From NCBI GenBank assembly GCA_004284765.1, contig NQJD01000025.1, positions 3,562 to 35,561 on the forward strand: DNA of 32,000 nucleotides, given 5' to 3'. The position numbers were made by a program, and so were the translations under genes. Below are positions 1-8,127 of the stretch, in pieces. Source of the DNA: Candidatus Electronema aureum. GTDB taxonomy: Bacteria; Desulfobacterota; Desulfobulbia; Desulfobulbales; Desulfobulbaceae. The notes beneath the pieces are model-generated. The model ran no database searches, was not told the origin of the DNA, and saw nothing but the letters and a program-made list of their open reading frames with translations. Position 1 is the stretch's first letter. Each line of letters opens with the position of its first letter.

Positions 1-1061
1 CTCTCGTCGCCGGAAACGATACTCCCCACCAGCTCAATGAAGCTCTCCCGGTCTTTGAACAGCAGCCTACCCATCTGGCCGAAATCAATGAAGCAGACCA
101 CGTTGCCGGGGAGAAAGAAGATGTTGCCCGGATGGGGGTCAGCGTGAAAAAAGCCGTGGGTGAAGACCTGCTCCATCACGAGCCTTGCCCCGCGCTCGGC
201 GAGCAGGGTCAGATCATAACCAGCCGCCCGCAGTCGTTCAACATTTGAAGCCTTGATGCCGTCGATCTGCTCCATGACCAGAATCCTATCCGAAGACAGG
301 ACAGGAAAGGCTTCTGGCACGTAGATTTCTGGGCAGCCTGCGAATTGACGGGCGAAATGCTGGATGTTGGTCAGTTCAATGGTGAAGTCAATCTCCCGCG
401 ACAGACTGCGGGCGAACTCATGGACAATGGCTGTAGGCCGGTGGCCCTGTACCTCCTCCAGATGGTCTTCCATGAGCTGGGCGATGCGGGCAAGAATCTC
501 CAAATCGATAGCAATGATTTTCTCAAGGCGAGGTCGCTGCACCTTGACCACCACTTTGCGCTCTCGCTCGATGCCGTCCGGGTCACGCATCACAATTTGA
601 GCATGATGCACCTGGCTGATCGAGGCCGCAGCCACCGGCTCGGTACTGAAACTGGTGAAAATTTCGGTGGGTTCTTTGCCTAAATCTTCCTGAAAAATCT
701 GCCGCACTTCCTCGTAGGAAAAAGGCGGCACATTATCTTGGAGCTTGGTCAGTTCCTTCAAGTAATCTGGCGGCACGATGTCCGGTCGTACCGAGAGAAG
801 CTGGCCGAGTTTGATGAAAGTTGGCCCCAGTTCCTCCAAGACCATGCGCAGACGTGCAGGCCGCGAATGACGGAAAATCTGATCCTGCTCTTGATCACCG
901 GATTTGCTGCGGCTGAACATCTGCAACCCGTACTGGTCTAAATGCAGATGATCAGCCAGATCGCTGAAGCCGTAACGGAACAGCACCCGCAGAATCTGCT
1001 GATAGCGGCTCAGATGCCGGAACGTCCGGTTGAACACGCCAAACTGCTTGATGCTGATCAT
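1..1061 (-). CDS. ABC1/UbiB-family atypical kinase; N-terminal ~353 aa present, C-terminus runs off the left edge
   Basis: Absent from the ORF track because there is no stop codon in the window. My reverse translation from ATG 1061..1059 gives MISIKQFGVFNRTFRHLSRYQQILRVLFRYGF, LGPTFIKLGQLLSVRPD, AAASISQVHHA, FFHADPHPGNIFFLPGNVVCFIDFGQMG. These are canonical ABC1/UbiB motifs. Confidence 0.9.
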   Translation of the reverse strand, partial: MISIKQFGVFNRTFRHLSRYQQILRVLFRYGFSDLADHLHLDQYGLQMFSRSKSGDQEQDQIFRHSRPARLRMVLEELGPTFIKLGQLLSVRPDIVPPDYLKELTKLQDNVPPFSYEEVRQIFQEDLGKEPTEIFTSFSTEPVAAASISQVHHAQIVMRDPDGIERERKVVVKVQRPRLEKIIAIDLEILARIAQLMEDHLEEVQGHRPTAIVHEFARSLSREIDFTIELTNIQHFARQFAGCPEIYVPEAFPVLSSDRILVMEQIDGIKASNVERLRAAGYDLTLLAERGARLVMEQVFTHGFFHADPHPGNIFFLPGNVVCFIDFGQMGRLLFKDRESFIELVGSIVSGDE

Positions 1062-1067
1062 CGACCT

Positions 1068-1406
1068 TTATGCCGCAGCTTCGCTGTCGTGCTGACAGCA
1101 TTTTTCCTTGTTCAGCCCAGCCTCTAACTCAGCGACGCGACGGCGCAGCTCTTCGACCTCATCAGTGCTGGCAAGATGACACTGCTTGACTTTCTCATCC
1201 ACCTTACGCCCGATCCATTGCTCCAGATTTACTTTGGCTGCATCGGATTTCTTCAGTAGATCATCGACAAAGGCTTTGCCTTCCTCCACAGACAGACAGC
1301 CCTTGTCCATCATTTCCTTGCGTACTTCCTCAAGTTTCTCACGGGTGAGAAACGCTGCGCCGATTCCCGCATACATCACGTTTTTCAACAAATCTTTCAT
1401 GCTCAT
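1068..1406 (-). CDS. phasin-like small coiled-coil protein, of the type commonly found upstream of ubiB-like genes
   Basis: 112-aa ORF, charged and helical (AGIGAAFLTREKLEEVRKEM...). Its stop lies 6 nt upstream of the UbiB-like start. GGAGGG directly abuts the first ATG, so the true start may be the second ATG at 1400. Confidence 0.65.
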   Translation of the reverse strand: MSMKDLLKNVMYAGIGAAFLTREKLEEVRKEMMDKGCLSVEEGKAFVDDLLKKSDAAKVNLEQWIGRKVDEKVKQCHLASTDEVEELRRRVAELEAGLNKEKCCQHDSEAAA

Positions 1407-1506
1407 GCCCTCCTGAGTTAAAGTTGCATCGCCGCTCTTCTCGCAGCTCCACCTGAAAGGAACGTACTCGATTTTGTGTGGTCAACACAAGGGAATAAGG
1501 GAGGCG

Positions 1507-2568
1507 TCACACCTCGACCTCAGCAAAATACTCTCGCACCGCCTCAATGCCTTGCTCGGCAATTTCCATTGGTGGTGAGGAAAGCGGGTTGTTATCAAGC
1601 ATCAGCTCGGTCAGATTTGTCATCTGAGTGAGTTCTGGTGGCAACTCGCTGAAGCGGTTACTGTGCAGATTCAGCTCGGTCAGATCATGCAGCTCAAAAA
1701 GCGCAGGCGAGAGCGTGCTCAACTCATTGCCGTAAAGACAAAGCGAGGTGAGTTCATTGAGGCGGGCGATTTCTGGCGGTAGCTCGCTGAGATGGTTGCT
1801 GTGCAGATTTAATTCAGTCAAGCCAGTGAGCGAGAAAATCTCCGGCGGCAGCTCAGTTAAGTTATTGTTGCCAAGACAGAGCGCGGTCAGGCCGGTCAGT
1901 TGGGTGATTTCCGGCGGCAGGCTACGCAGCTTGTTGCCACCAAGATAGAGATGGGTTAGGCTGGCAAGCTGGCCGATAGCAGCAGGCAGCTCGTGCAGGT
2001 CATTGTCGAGCAGAGAAAGCTCGGTCAGATTGGTGAGTTGGCCGATTTCCGGCGGCAGTTCAGTCAGGCAGTTGCTGTCGATATCCAGCTCTCTGAGATG
2101 AGGCAACCGGAAGAGTTCCAAGGGCAGACTGCGCAGGCGATTGCCGTTGAGGTTCAACACAGTCAAGTTGGTGAGCTGGCCGATTTCTGGTGGCAGCTCA
2201 GTCAACTTGTTGCCGCTCAGGTTCAGCTCAGTCAGATGAGTGAGCTGGCCGATTTCTGGCGGCAACGTGCACAGACAATTATTGAGCAGATAAAGCTCGG
2301 TTAAGTCAGTGAGCTGCGAAATCTCGACGGGAAGCTGACTCAGGCCATTGCCACCAAGATTGAGTGCTTTCAACTGACTCAGCCGGGCAATGTCGGGCGG
2401 CAACGAAGTCAGTTTATTGCTGCGCAGGTTCAGCTCGGTGAGGTTCGTCAGCTCGAAGAGTTCTGGCGGCAGCTCACTGAGCTGACTGCCGATAAGGTTA
2501 AGACTGGCGGCTTTGCTCTCCGCCGCTTTTTTAATCTTCATCACTTTGACCAGTTCCTCATTCATCAT
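1507..2568 (-). CDS. stand-alone leucine-rich repeat (LRR) protein: 13 x 23-aa repeats plus a C-terminal cap, Roco-type LRR flavour
   Basis: Repeat unit LxxLxLxxNxLxxLPPEIGQLTNLTE occurs 13 times. The cap is NNPLSSPPMEIAEQGIEAVREYF. I moved the start to ATG 2568 because GGAGGA lies 6 nt upstream; the ORF track extends to 2652. Confidence 0.9.
   Translation of the reverse strand: MMNEELVKVMKIKKAAESKAASLNLIGSQLSELPPELFELTNLTELNLRSNKLTSLPPDIARLSQLKALNLGGNGLSQLPVEISQLTDLTELYLLNNCLCTLPPEIGQLTHLTELNLSGNKLTELPPEIGQLTNLTVLNLNGNRLRSLPLELFRLPHLRELDIDSNCLTELPPEIGQLTNLTELSLLDNDLHELPAAIGQLASLTHLYLGGNKLRSLPPEITQLTGLTALCLGNNNLTELPPEIFSLTGLTELNLHSNHLSELPPEIARLNELTSLCLYGNELSTLSPALFELHDLTELNLHSNRFSELPPELTQMTNLTELMLDNNPLSSPPMEIAEQGIEAVREYFAEVEV
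1606..2502 (-). repeat. 69-bp tandem coding repeats (the LRR units), some sharing near-identical ~26-nt cores
   Basis: gtgag(c/t)tggccgatttc(t/c)gg(t/c)ggca recurs at 2033, 2171 and 2240. The spacings are 138 and 69 nt. Confidence 0.85.
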
Positions 2569-2648
2569 CAGACATCCTCCGTGGGGAAAACTTGCCCCTG
2601 TTGTATTGTCCACCTTGTTGATAGACGCTGCCCTGTGGCTTGAAAAAA

Positions 2649-2803
2649 GCACTCTCGTGCTCGAAAAAAAACATCGAGTGATGTCGTTAGGAAACTATTC
2701 TCGATGTCGGACTAAGACCTCCCTCGATCTCAGAAAAAACATCGAGCGTGCTCGTACTACGACATCGAGAATGGTTTTCTAAAAAGTACCCTCGATGTTT
2801 TTC
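2649..2803. promoter_or_regulatory. cluster of an 8-bp motif, ACATCGAG / CTCGATGT, in both orientations within the rapZ-CTD to LRR intergenic region
   Basis: ACATCGAG at 2671, 2739 and 2762. CTCGATGT at 2700 and 2791. Variant CTCGATCT at 2723. The motif is flanked by A-runs or T-runs, and gtgctcg recurs next to it (2656, 2748). Hairpins could form, for example 2671 with 2700 and 2762 with 2791. Function unknown. Confidence 0.35.
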
Positions 2804-2828
2804 CGGGAGAAGCAGGGAGGCTGGGGGT

Positions 2829-3203
2829 TTACTCCCGGTGAATATCTCGGTGAGAAACAGCCAGCTCGTTGTTACTGGTCATCTCAGTCAGAACATGTCG
2901 CAGATGCTCTGTCACCGCCACAGAGCGATGTCGTCCGCCAGTGCAGCCAATAGCGCAGGTAAATTCTTGGCGGCCTGCCTGCTTGTGACTGTTGAGGATG
3001 AAGGCAAGAAAGGGGTTTAGCTGCGCCAAGAACTCGCGCCCAACCTCGCTTTTCAGCACATAAGCAGCCACCAGCTCTTCCACGCCAGTATGCTCCTTCA
3101 ATTCCGGCACCCAGTAGGGATTAGGCAGAAAGCGGACATCCAGCACCATATCCGCCTCTGGCTGACCGTATTTGAAGCCAAAGGAAAAGAGACTGATCTT
3201 CAT
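2829..3203 (-). CDS. RapZ (YhbJ) C-terminal domain only, as a stand-alone 124-aa protein
   Basis: [28 protein letters not shown] ... [14 protein letters not shown] aligns with my recollection of the E. coli RapZ C-terminal half ([28 protein letters not shown] ... AIGCTGGKHRSV). It has its own GGAG 6 nt before the ATG. The ClC stop codon lies 9 nt upstream, so no P-loop N-domain is encoded here. Confidence 0.85.
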   Translation of the reverse strand: [124 protein letters not shown]

Positions 3204-3212
3204 GGTGTTCTC

Positions 3213-4994
3213 CTATGCAGAAGCACAAAGAATTCTGATATCCTCTGCCTTCTCTCGAATGCCTCGTTTGAGCACTTCTCGGTTGTATAATTCAATTACG
3301 TCTCGTCGCTTGAGCATCCCCAGCACCCATTTGTCTTCCATGCTCTCTACCACTGGAATTTCCTCAAGGCCTTTGATATCGAAAAGCTGCATCGCATCAA
3401 AGAGATTGTGATCAGGGGTCAGCGTGATCAGGTCGCGGCTGCAAATTGCGCCGACCAGATAACAGCAACGCTGCTCCTCATCGTGAAGAATGGTCTTCAC
3501 ATCCTGCAAAGAAACCACGCCGACCATTCTTCCTGTATAATCGACCACTGGGAAATAAAACGATTTGTCGGCAAGAGAAAACAGTTCCAGCAGATGATTA
3601 ATGTTCGCCATCTCGCTAATGAAATCAACATCTTCAGTGATCGCCTTGCCAACTCGGATGGATTTGAGAACCGCCACTTCTCGGCCTTCATGAATATCAA
3701 TCCCTTCACGGGTGAAATCAACCGTGTCGATAGAGTCCTTGTAGAATTTACTGGCTGTCACCGTGCTGAGAATAGCGGTGAGCATGATTGGCACAATGAT
3801 CAGGTAATTGCCAGTCATCTCAAACAGGAGAAAAATAGCTGTCATCGGCGCATGAGTAGCAGCAGCGAGAAAGGCCCCAATGCCCACAGTAGCATAGGCT
3901 CCGGGCGAAGCAGTCTGCTCTGGCAGCAGAGAATGCGCCACTGAACCAAAAGCCCCGCCGATTACTGCGCCAATGAACAGCGAGGGCGCGAACACCCCGC
4001 CTGCGCCGCCAGAACCAAGGGTAAGAGCTGTGGCAACAGATTTCAGAAGAATCAGGGCGGCCATCACCGGCAACACACCCTTGCCCGCCAAAACCTCGGC
4101 AATGTATTCGTAGCCATCACCCATGACTTGGGGAAAGAGAATACCAATGCTGCCCACGAGAAAGGCACCAAAGATCGGCTTGATCTGATTGTGTAGCCGC
4201 AGAGCAGCAAAGCGGTCTCTCACAAAGTAAAAGAAACGAATATGCAGCACAGCCAGCAGGCCGATCAGCAGGGCCATGACCGTGTAGAGCGGCAGCTCCA
4301 CAAAGGGGTTGATCAAGTGGTAAGGCGGGATGGGAAAGGCCGACACCTCACCGTAATAGGCCCGCGAGACCACGGTGGCCATCGCCGAAGCAATCACCAA
4401 GGCAGAAAAGGAAGAAATCTCGTAGGTACCGAGCAAGACGATCTCTGCGGCAAAGAAAACTCCAGCGATGGGCGCATTAAACATCCCGGCCACGCCAGCA
4501 GCACAGCCTGCGGCTACATAAACCTTCATCCGTACCCCAGAAACCCGCAATCGTTGGCCAAACTGCGAGCCTATCGCACCTCCGATCTGGGCAATTGGCC
4601 CTTCCACGCCTGCGGAATTGCCCGTGCCGATAGTGAGAGCCGTGGCTGCAATTTTGATAAAAATATTTTTTGCCTTGATCACCCCGTTTTCAAGATTCAC
4701 CTTGCGCAGAAATTTGGTGAAGCCGTAGCCGTTGACCTTGCCCGGAAAGAGCAGTGAAATCGGAATGAGCAGCACCATGCCGGTCATGGGCAGGAGCGGC
4801 AGCAGTAAGGTGCGCCAGCCGCCTTCGCTAATCCGCAGCAAGGTATAACCTTGCATAAAAATCAGCTCATGCACTGCACTGACTGATTTCCGAAAGATAA
4901 GAATGAACACCCCAGTCAGTAGGCCGATCAAGGCGGCAGTGAGCAGCAGGGCGGTTTTTTCTCCGGGAAGAAAAATTTTTAGTTTGGCAGACAT
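3213..4994 (-). CDS. ClC-family chloride channel / Cl-/H+ antiporter with a C-terminal CBS pair
   Basis: GNSAGVEGP and GGAGGVFAPSLFIGA selectivity-filter-type motifs. Many transmembrane segments. C-terminal CBS-like region. Start set at ATG 4994 (GGAG 7 nt upstream); the ORF track starts at a TTG at 5009. Confidence 0.9.
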   Translation of the reverse strand: MSAKLKIFLPGEKTALLLTAALIGLLTGVFILIFRKSVSAVHELIFMQGYTLLRISEGGWRTLLLPLLPMTGMVLLIPISLLFPGKVNGYGFTKFLRKVNLENGVIKAKNIFIKIAATALTIGTGNSAGVEGPIAQIGGAIGSQFGQRLRVSGVRMKVYVAAGCAAGVAGMFNAPIAGVFFAAEIVLLGTYEISSFSALVIASAMATVVSRAYYGEVSAFPIPPYHLINPFVELPLYTVMALLIGLLAVLHIRFFYFVRDRFAALRLHNQIKPIFGAFLVGSIGILFPQVMGDGYEYIAEVLAGKGVLPVMAALILLKSVATALTLGSGGAGGVFAPSLFIGAVIGGAFGSVAHSLLPEQTASPGAYATVGIGAFLAAATHAPMTAIFLLFEMTGNYLIIVPIMLTAILSTVTASKFYKDSIDTVDFTREGIDIHEGREVAVLKSIRVGKAITEDVDFISEMANINHLLELFSLADKSFYFPVVDYTGRMVGVVSLQDVKTILHDEEQRCCYLVGAICSRDLITLTPDHNLFDAMQLFDIKGLEEIPVVESMEDKWVLGMLKRRDVIELYNREVLKRGIREKAEDIRILCASA

Positions 4995-5140
4995 CGCTTG
5001 CTCCAACAAAAGGATAGCAGCAGTTCATAGCTCTTGCTCCGCCTCACCTTAGCAGAAAACTTGTTTCCTGCAAGCGGCTTTTTTGCTATTATCTTCGCCG
5101 GACAGCTCGGTAATTCCTTTTATCGGCAGAGCAGACACGC

Positions 5141-6511
5141 ATGAAGCTGCACAGAAGACTGAAAAAAATTCTCAATCCGATTTCGTTGCCGGTGCTATTC
5201 TTCATGGCGGCGATTTTTATCGGTGCCTTGTTGCTTCATGCCCCTTTTAGCGGTGGCAAGGGGCAGGTCTCTTTTCTCGATGCTCTTTTTACCTCCACCT
5301 CAGCGGTCTGCGTGACTGGTTTGGCCGTGGTTGACACGGGTACTGCCTACACGCGCACCGGCCATATCGTGATCATGCTGCTCATTCAGGGCGGCGGTCT
5401 TGGCATCATGTCTTTTTCTACCTTAGCCTTGTATTTGTGGAAAAAAAAGGTTTCCCTGACTGACCGAATTGCGGTCGGCCAGAGTATCCTCAATAACGCC
5501 AGCTTTCATCTGGGCAGCTTTTTGGTGCAAGTTATTGCAGTCACGTTGCTGATTGAGCTGGCTGGTGCGCTGCTCCTGTTCATCAGCGATCCACAGGGTT
5601 TTCCGCCCTTTTCTGCCTTGTTTCATGCGGTTTCTGCCTTTTGCAATGCAGGCTTCTCTCTTAGCCCAGACAATTTGATGCGCTGGAAGGGCAGCTGGCC
5701 AATCAACCTGACCATAATGTTTTTGATTGTCCTTGGCGGGCTGGGTTTTTCAGTAATTATCGAGAGTGCTTCCTTTTTTCCCGACCTTCTGCGCCGGAGA
5801 AAAAGACGGCATTTGCACGATGCTTGGCATGTGAATATTGTTCTTAAAACTTCTCTGTTTCTCATTGCCGCTGGTGCCTTGTATATTTATCTGTCGGAAT
5901 TTGTTTTCTTTAAGCCGTATCTCCCCGTAAACGAGGCCGTACTGACCTCACTTTTTCAATCTGTCACCTGTCGTACCGCAGGCTTTAACACCTTGAATAT
6001 TGCGGCGATGACCGATGCCTCGCTGCTCTTCATGATTTTGCTGATGTTTATCGGCGGAGCACCAGGCTCTTGTGCAGGCGGCATCAAAGTGACCACTTTC
6101 CGGGTTTTGCACGCCTTTATCACCGCCCAGCTCAAAGGCAGACATCAAATCGTGATCGGTAAATATGCAGTGGATCGAGAGTCGGTCAACAGCTCGCTGA
6201 CGCTGCTTTTCTTTTCAGTGGCGATAGTCTTTTTCAGCGTTATTGCTCTTAATTTCACCGACGGTGGTGGTGTCTCGCACGGGCAAACGCAGGGCAGATT
6301 TTTAGAAATTCTCTTTGAAGCCGTCTCGGCTTTTGGCACAGTCGGCTTGAGCGCGGATTTAACGCCTAAGCTCTCTTCAGGCGGTAAAATTATTATCATT
6401 TTTTTGATGTTCATCGGCAGGCTCGGCCCGTTGGTTTTGCTGAGTTCGGTGCAGTCCTTTGGCACAAAACTGTTGTTTTCTAGACCAGAAGAAAAAATTT
6501 CCATTGGCTGA
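5141..6511 (+). CDS. TrkH/KtrB-family K+ uptake membrane subunit
   Basis: 456-aa polytopic ORF with repeated pore-loop-type segments (SAVCVTGL, SAFCNAGFS, CRTAGFN, SAFGTVGLS). Followed 15 nt later by an RCK-domain gene. Confidence 0.9.
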   Translation: MKLHRRLKKILNPISLPVLFFMAAIFIGALLLHAPFSGGKGQVSFLDALFTSTSAVCVTGLAVVDTGTAYTRTGHIVIMLLIQGGGLGIMSFSTLALYLWKKKVSLTDRIAVGQSILNNASFHLGSFLVQVIAVTLLIELAGALLLFISDPQGFPPFSALFHAVSAFCNAGFSLSPDNLMRWKGSWPINLTIMFLIVLGGLGFSVIIESASFFPDLLRRRKRRHLHDAWHVNIVLKTSLFLIAAGALYIYLSEFVFFKPYLPVNEAVLTSLFQSVTCRTAGFNTLNIAAMTDASLLFMILLMFIGGAPGSCAGGIKVTTFRVLHAFITAQLKGRHQIVIGKYAVDRESVNSSLTLLFFSVAIVFFSVIALNFTDGGGVSHGQTQGRFLEILFEAVSAFGTVGLSADLTPKLSSGGKIIIIFLMFIGRLGPLVLLSSVQSFGTKLLFSRPEEKISIG

Positions 6512-6526
6512 GTAGGAAGCGGAGCA

Positions 6527-7177
6527 ATGAAACTACAAATCGGCATCGTTGGCTTAGGCAAATTTGGATTGAAATTCGGCCAAACTTTGGTTGCATTGGG
6601 ACATGAGGTTCTTGGTGTGGAGAGTGATCCAGAAAAGGTGAAAAATGCCCAGCACATTCTCACCCAAGTCTTCCAAACTGATGCGATGAGCCGCGAGGCA
6701 TTAGAGCAGATCAGAATTCAGGACTTGGAACATGTCTTAGTCAGCGTGGGCGATTCCATCGCGGCCAGCATCATGATCTCGATGTACCTAAAAGAGTTGG
6801 GTGTGGCTAAAGTCTGGGCCAAGGCAATCAACAAAGATCACGAGAAGCTGCTCTACAAGATCGGCGTGGATGAGGTGGTGATTCCTGAATTTATGGCGGC
6901 CAAGCAGATTGCCAGCCGGATTGCCATGCCTGGCTTTATCGAGTATCTCCCCTTTGATCGCTCAATGGCAGTGAAAGAGTTCACCATTAAACGCTGGGCT
7001 GGGAAAAATCTCAAGGAGCTAAACCTGACCAATATTTTTGGTATTCAGGTCATCGCTGCCCGTCGGAGTGGCGAGAAAAAATATCAGTACATCCCCAAGG
7101 CCGATGAGCTGTTTCAGGAAGGTGATAATTTTGTCGCTATTGGTAAAATCTCGCAGTTAAGCAAAATCTTACCCTGA
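6527..7177 (+). CDS. TrkA/KtrA-family K+ uptake regulatory subunit (RCK N and C domains)
   Basis: The N-terminal Rossmann motif IGIVGLGKFG, a length of 216 aa, and its position directly after the TrkH-like gene. Confidence 0.88.
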   Translation: MKLQIGIVGLGKFGLKFGQTLVALGHEVLGVESDPEKVKNAQHILTQVFQTDAMSREALEQIRIQDLEHVLVSVGDSIAASIMISMYLKELGVAKVWAKAINKDHEKLLYKIGVDEVVIPEFMAAKQIASRIAMPGFIEYLPFDRSMAVKEFTIKRWAGKNLKELNLTNIFGIQVIAARRSGEKKYQYIPKADELFQEGDNFVAIGKISQLSKILP

Positions 7178-7216
7178 TCGATAGGGCTGATTCTCATCGC
7201 CGCGCTGCATTGCTCA

Positions 7217-7225
7217 TGCTATAAT
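7217..7225 (+). promoter_or_regulatory. possible extended -10 promoter element (TGcTATAAT) upstream of corC-lnt
   Basis: tgctataat at 7217-7225 lies in the 100-nt gap after the trkA-like gene. I saw no convincing -35 element. Confidence 0.25.
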
Positions 7226-7278
7226 GCTCGGGGCGATAGGATGACATAATCTTTTTGGAGACATGCAGCACTGAAGAT

Positions 7279-8127
7279 ATGAGCGAAAAAGAGGGGGAAG
7301 GGCGAGAAAAATCATTTTGGCAGCGGCTCCAGCGGCATCTGTTTCGATCTTCACCAGATACTGCCCAAGAGCTTGAGCATGAAATACAGGAGTTGCTGGA
7401 AGACGGCGAAGAGCATGGTCTGATCAGCAGACATGAGGAGCAGCTGATCAACTCCATCTTTAATTTTCGTGCTACAGTAGCTTCGGAAATCATGACTCCG
7501 GCTTCGGAAATCATCTCCGCTGACCTTAACAGCTCGGTGGAGGAAATCATCCAGCTGATCTGCGAGGAAGGTTACACTCGTATTCCGGTTTTCAGCGGTG
7601 GCCACGACAACATCGTTGGTACGCTTCACGCGAAAGACCTGCTGAGAATTGCCAGTCAGCAAACGGATAAACCGATACAGATAGAAGATTGCCTTAACCC
7701 GCCGGTTTTAGTTGCTGAATCCAAGCCAATCACTGAGTTGCTGCGAGATTTTCAGTCTGGCAAAAACCACATGGCTATTGTCACGGATGAATTCGGCAGC
7801 GTGCGCGGCTTGATCACCTTAGAAGACGTACTGGAAGAAATTGTCGGTGAAATTGACGACGAGCATGATCAGCACGAACGGGAGCTGATGCTTGAGGTTG
7901 ATCTCCAGACCGTGGTTGCTGATGCCCGGATCGACGTTGAAGCGGTAGAAAAACATTTTGACTGTCTCCTGCCGGACGGTCCTTACGAATCCTTGGGCGG
8001 ACTGTTGATTCATCTGTTGGGGCGAATGCCGGGCAACGGTGAAACCGTGACCACGCCACCGCTGACCTTCAAAGTACTGACCTCAACCCCGCGCCGAGTC
8101 CGCACCGTGCGCATCCGCAAGCTATGA
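7279..8127 (+). CDS. corC: CorC/YbeX-type protein (CBS pair plus CorC_HlyC transporter-associated domain)
   Basis: ASEIMTPASEI ... IPVF ... IVGTLHAKDLL ... AIVTDEFGSVRGLITLEDVLEEIVGEIDDEHD, followed by a CorC-type C-terminal domain. There is a 4-bp overlap with lnt, matching the conserved ybeX-lnt synteny. The ATG at 7279 is preferred over the track TTG at 7255. Confidence 0.88.
   Translation: MSEKEGEGREKSFWQRLQRHLFRSSPDTAQELEHEIQELLEDGEEHGLISRHEEQLINSIFNFRATVASEIMTPASEIISADLNSSVEEIIQLICEEGYTRIPVFSGGHDNIVGTLHAKDLLRIASQQTDKPIQIEDCLNPPVLVAESKPITELLRDFQSGKNHMAIVTDEFGSVRGLITLEDVLEEIVGEIDDEHDQHERELMLEVDLQTVVADARIDVEAVEKHFDCLLPDGPYESLGGLLIHLLGRMPGNGETVTTPPLTFKVLTSTPRRVRTVRIRKL

Noticed and set aside
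1440-1506. Rho-independent terminator after the LRR gene (TTGTGT-5nt-ACACAA hairpin)
   Set aside because: The stem is only 6 bp and AT-rich, and no U-tract follows on the transcribed strand.
3408-4757. Plus-strand ORFs of 178 aa and 171 aa antisense to the ClC gene
   Set aside because: The minus-strand ClC frame is continuous with diagnostic motifs. The antisense frames are Arg/His/Gln-rich noise.
6145-6663. 172-aa minus-strand ORF spanning the trkH/trkA junction
   Set aside because: It overlaps two well-supported plus-strand genes and has no recognisable features.
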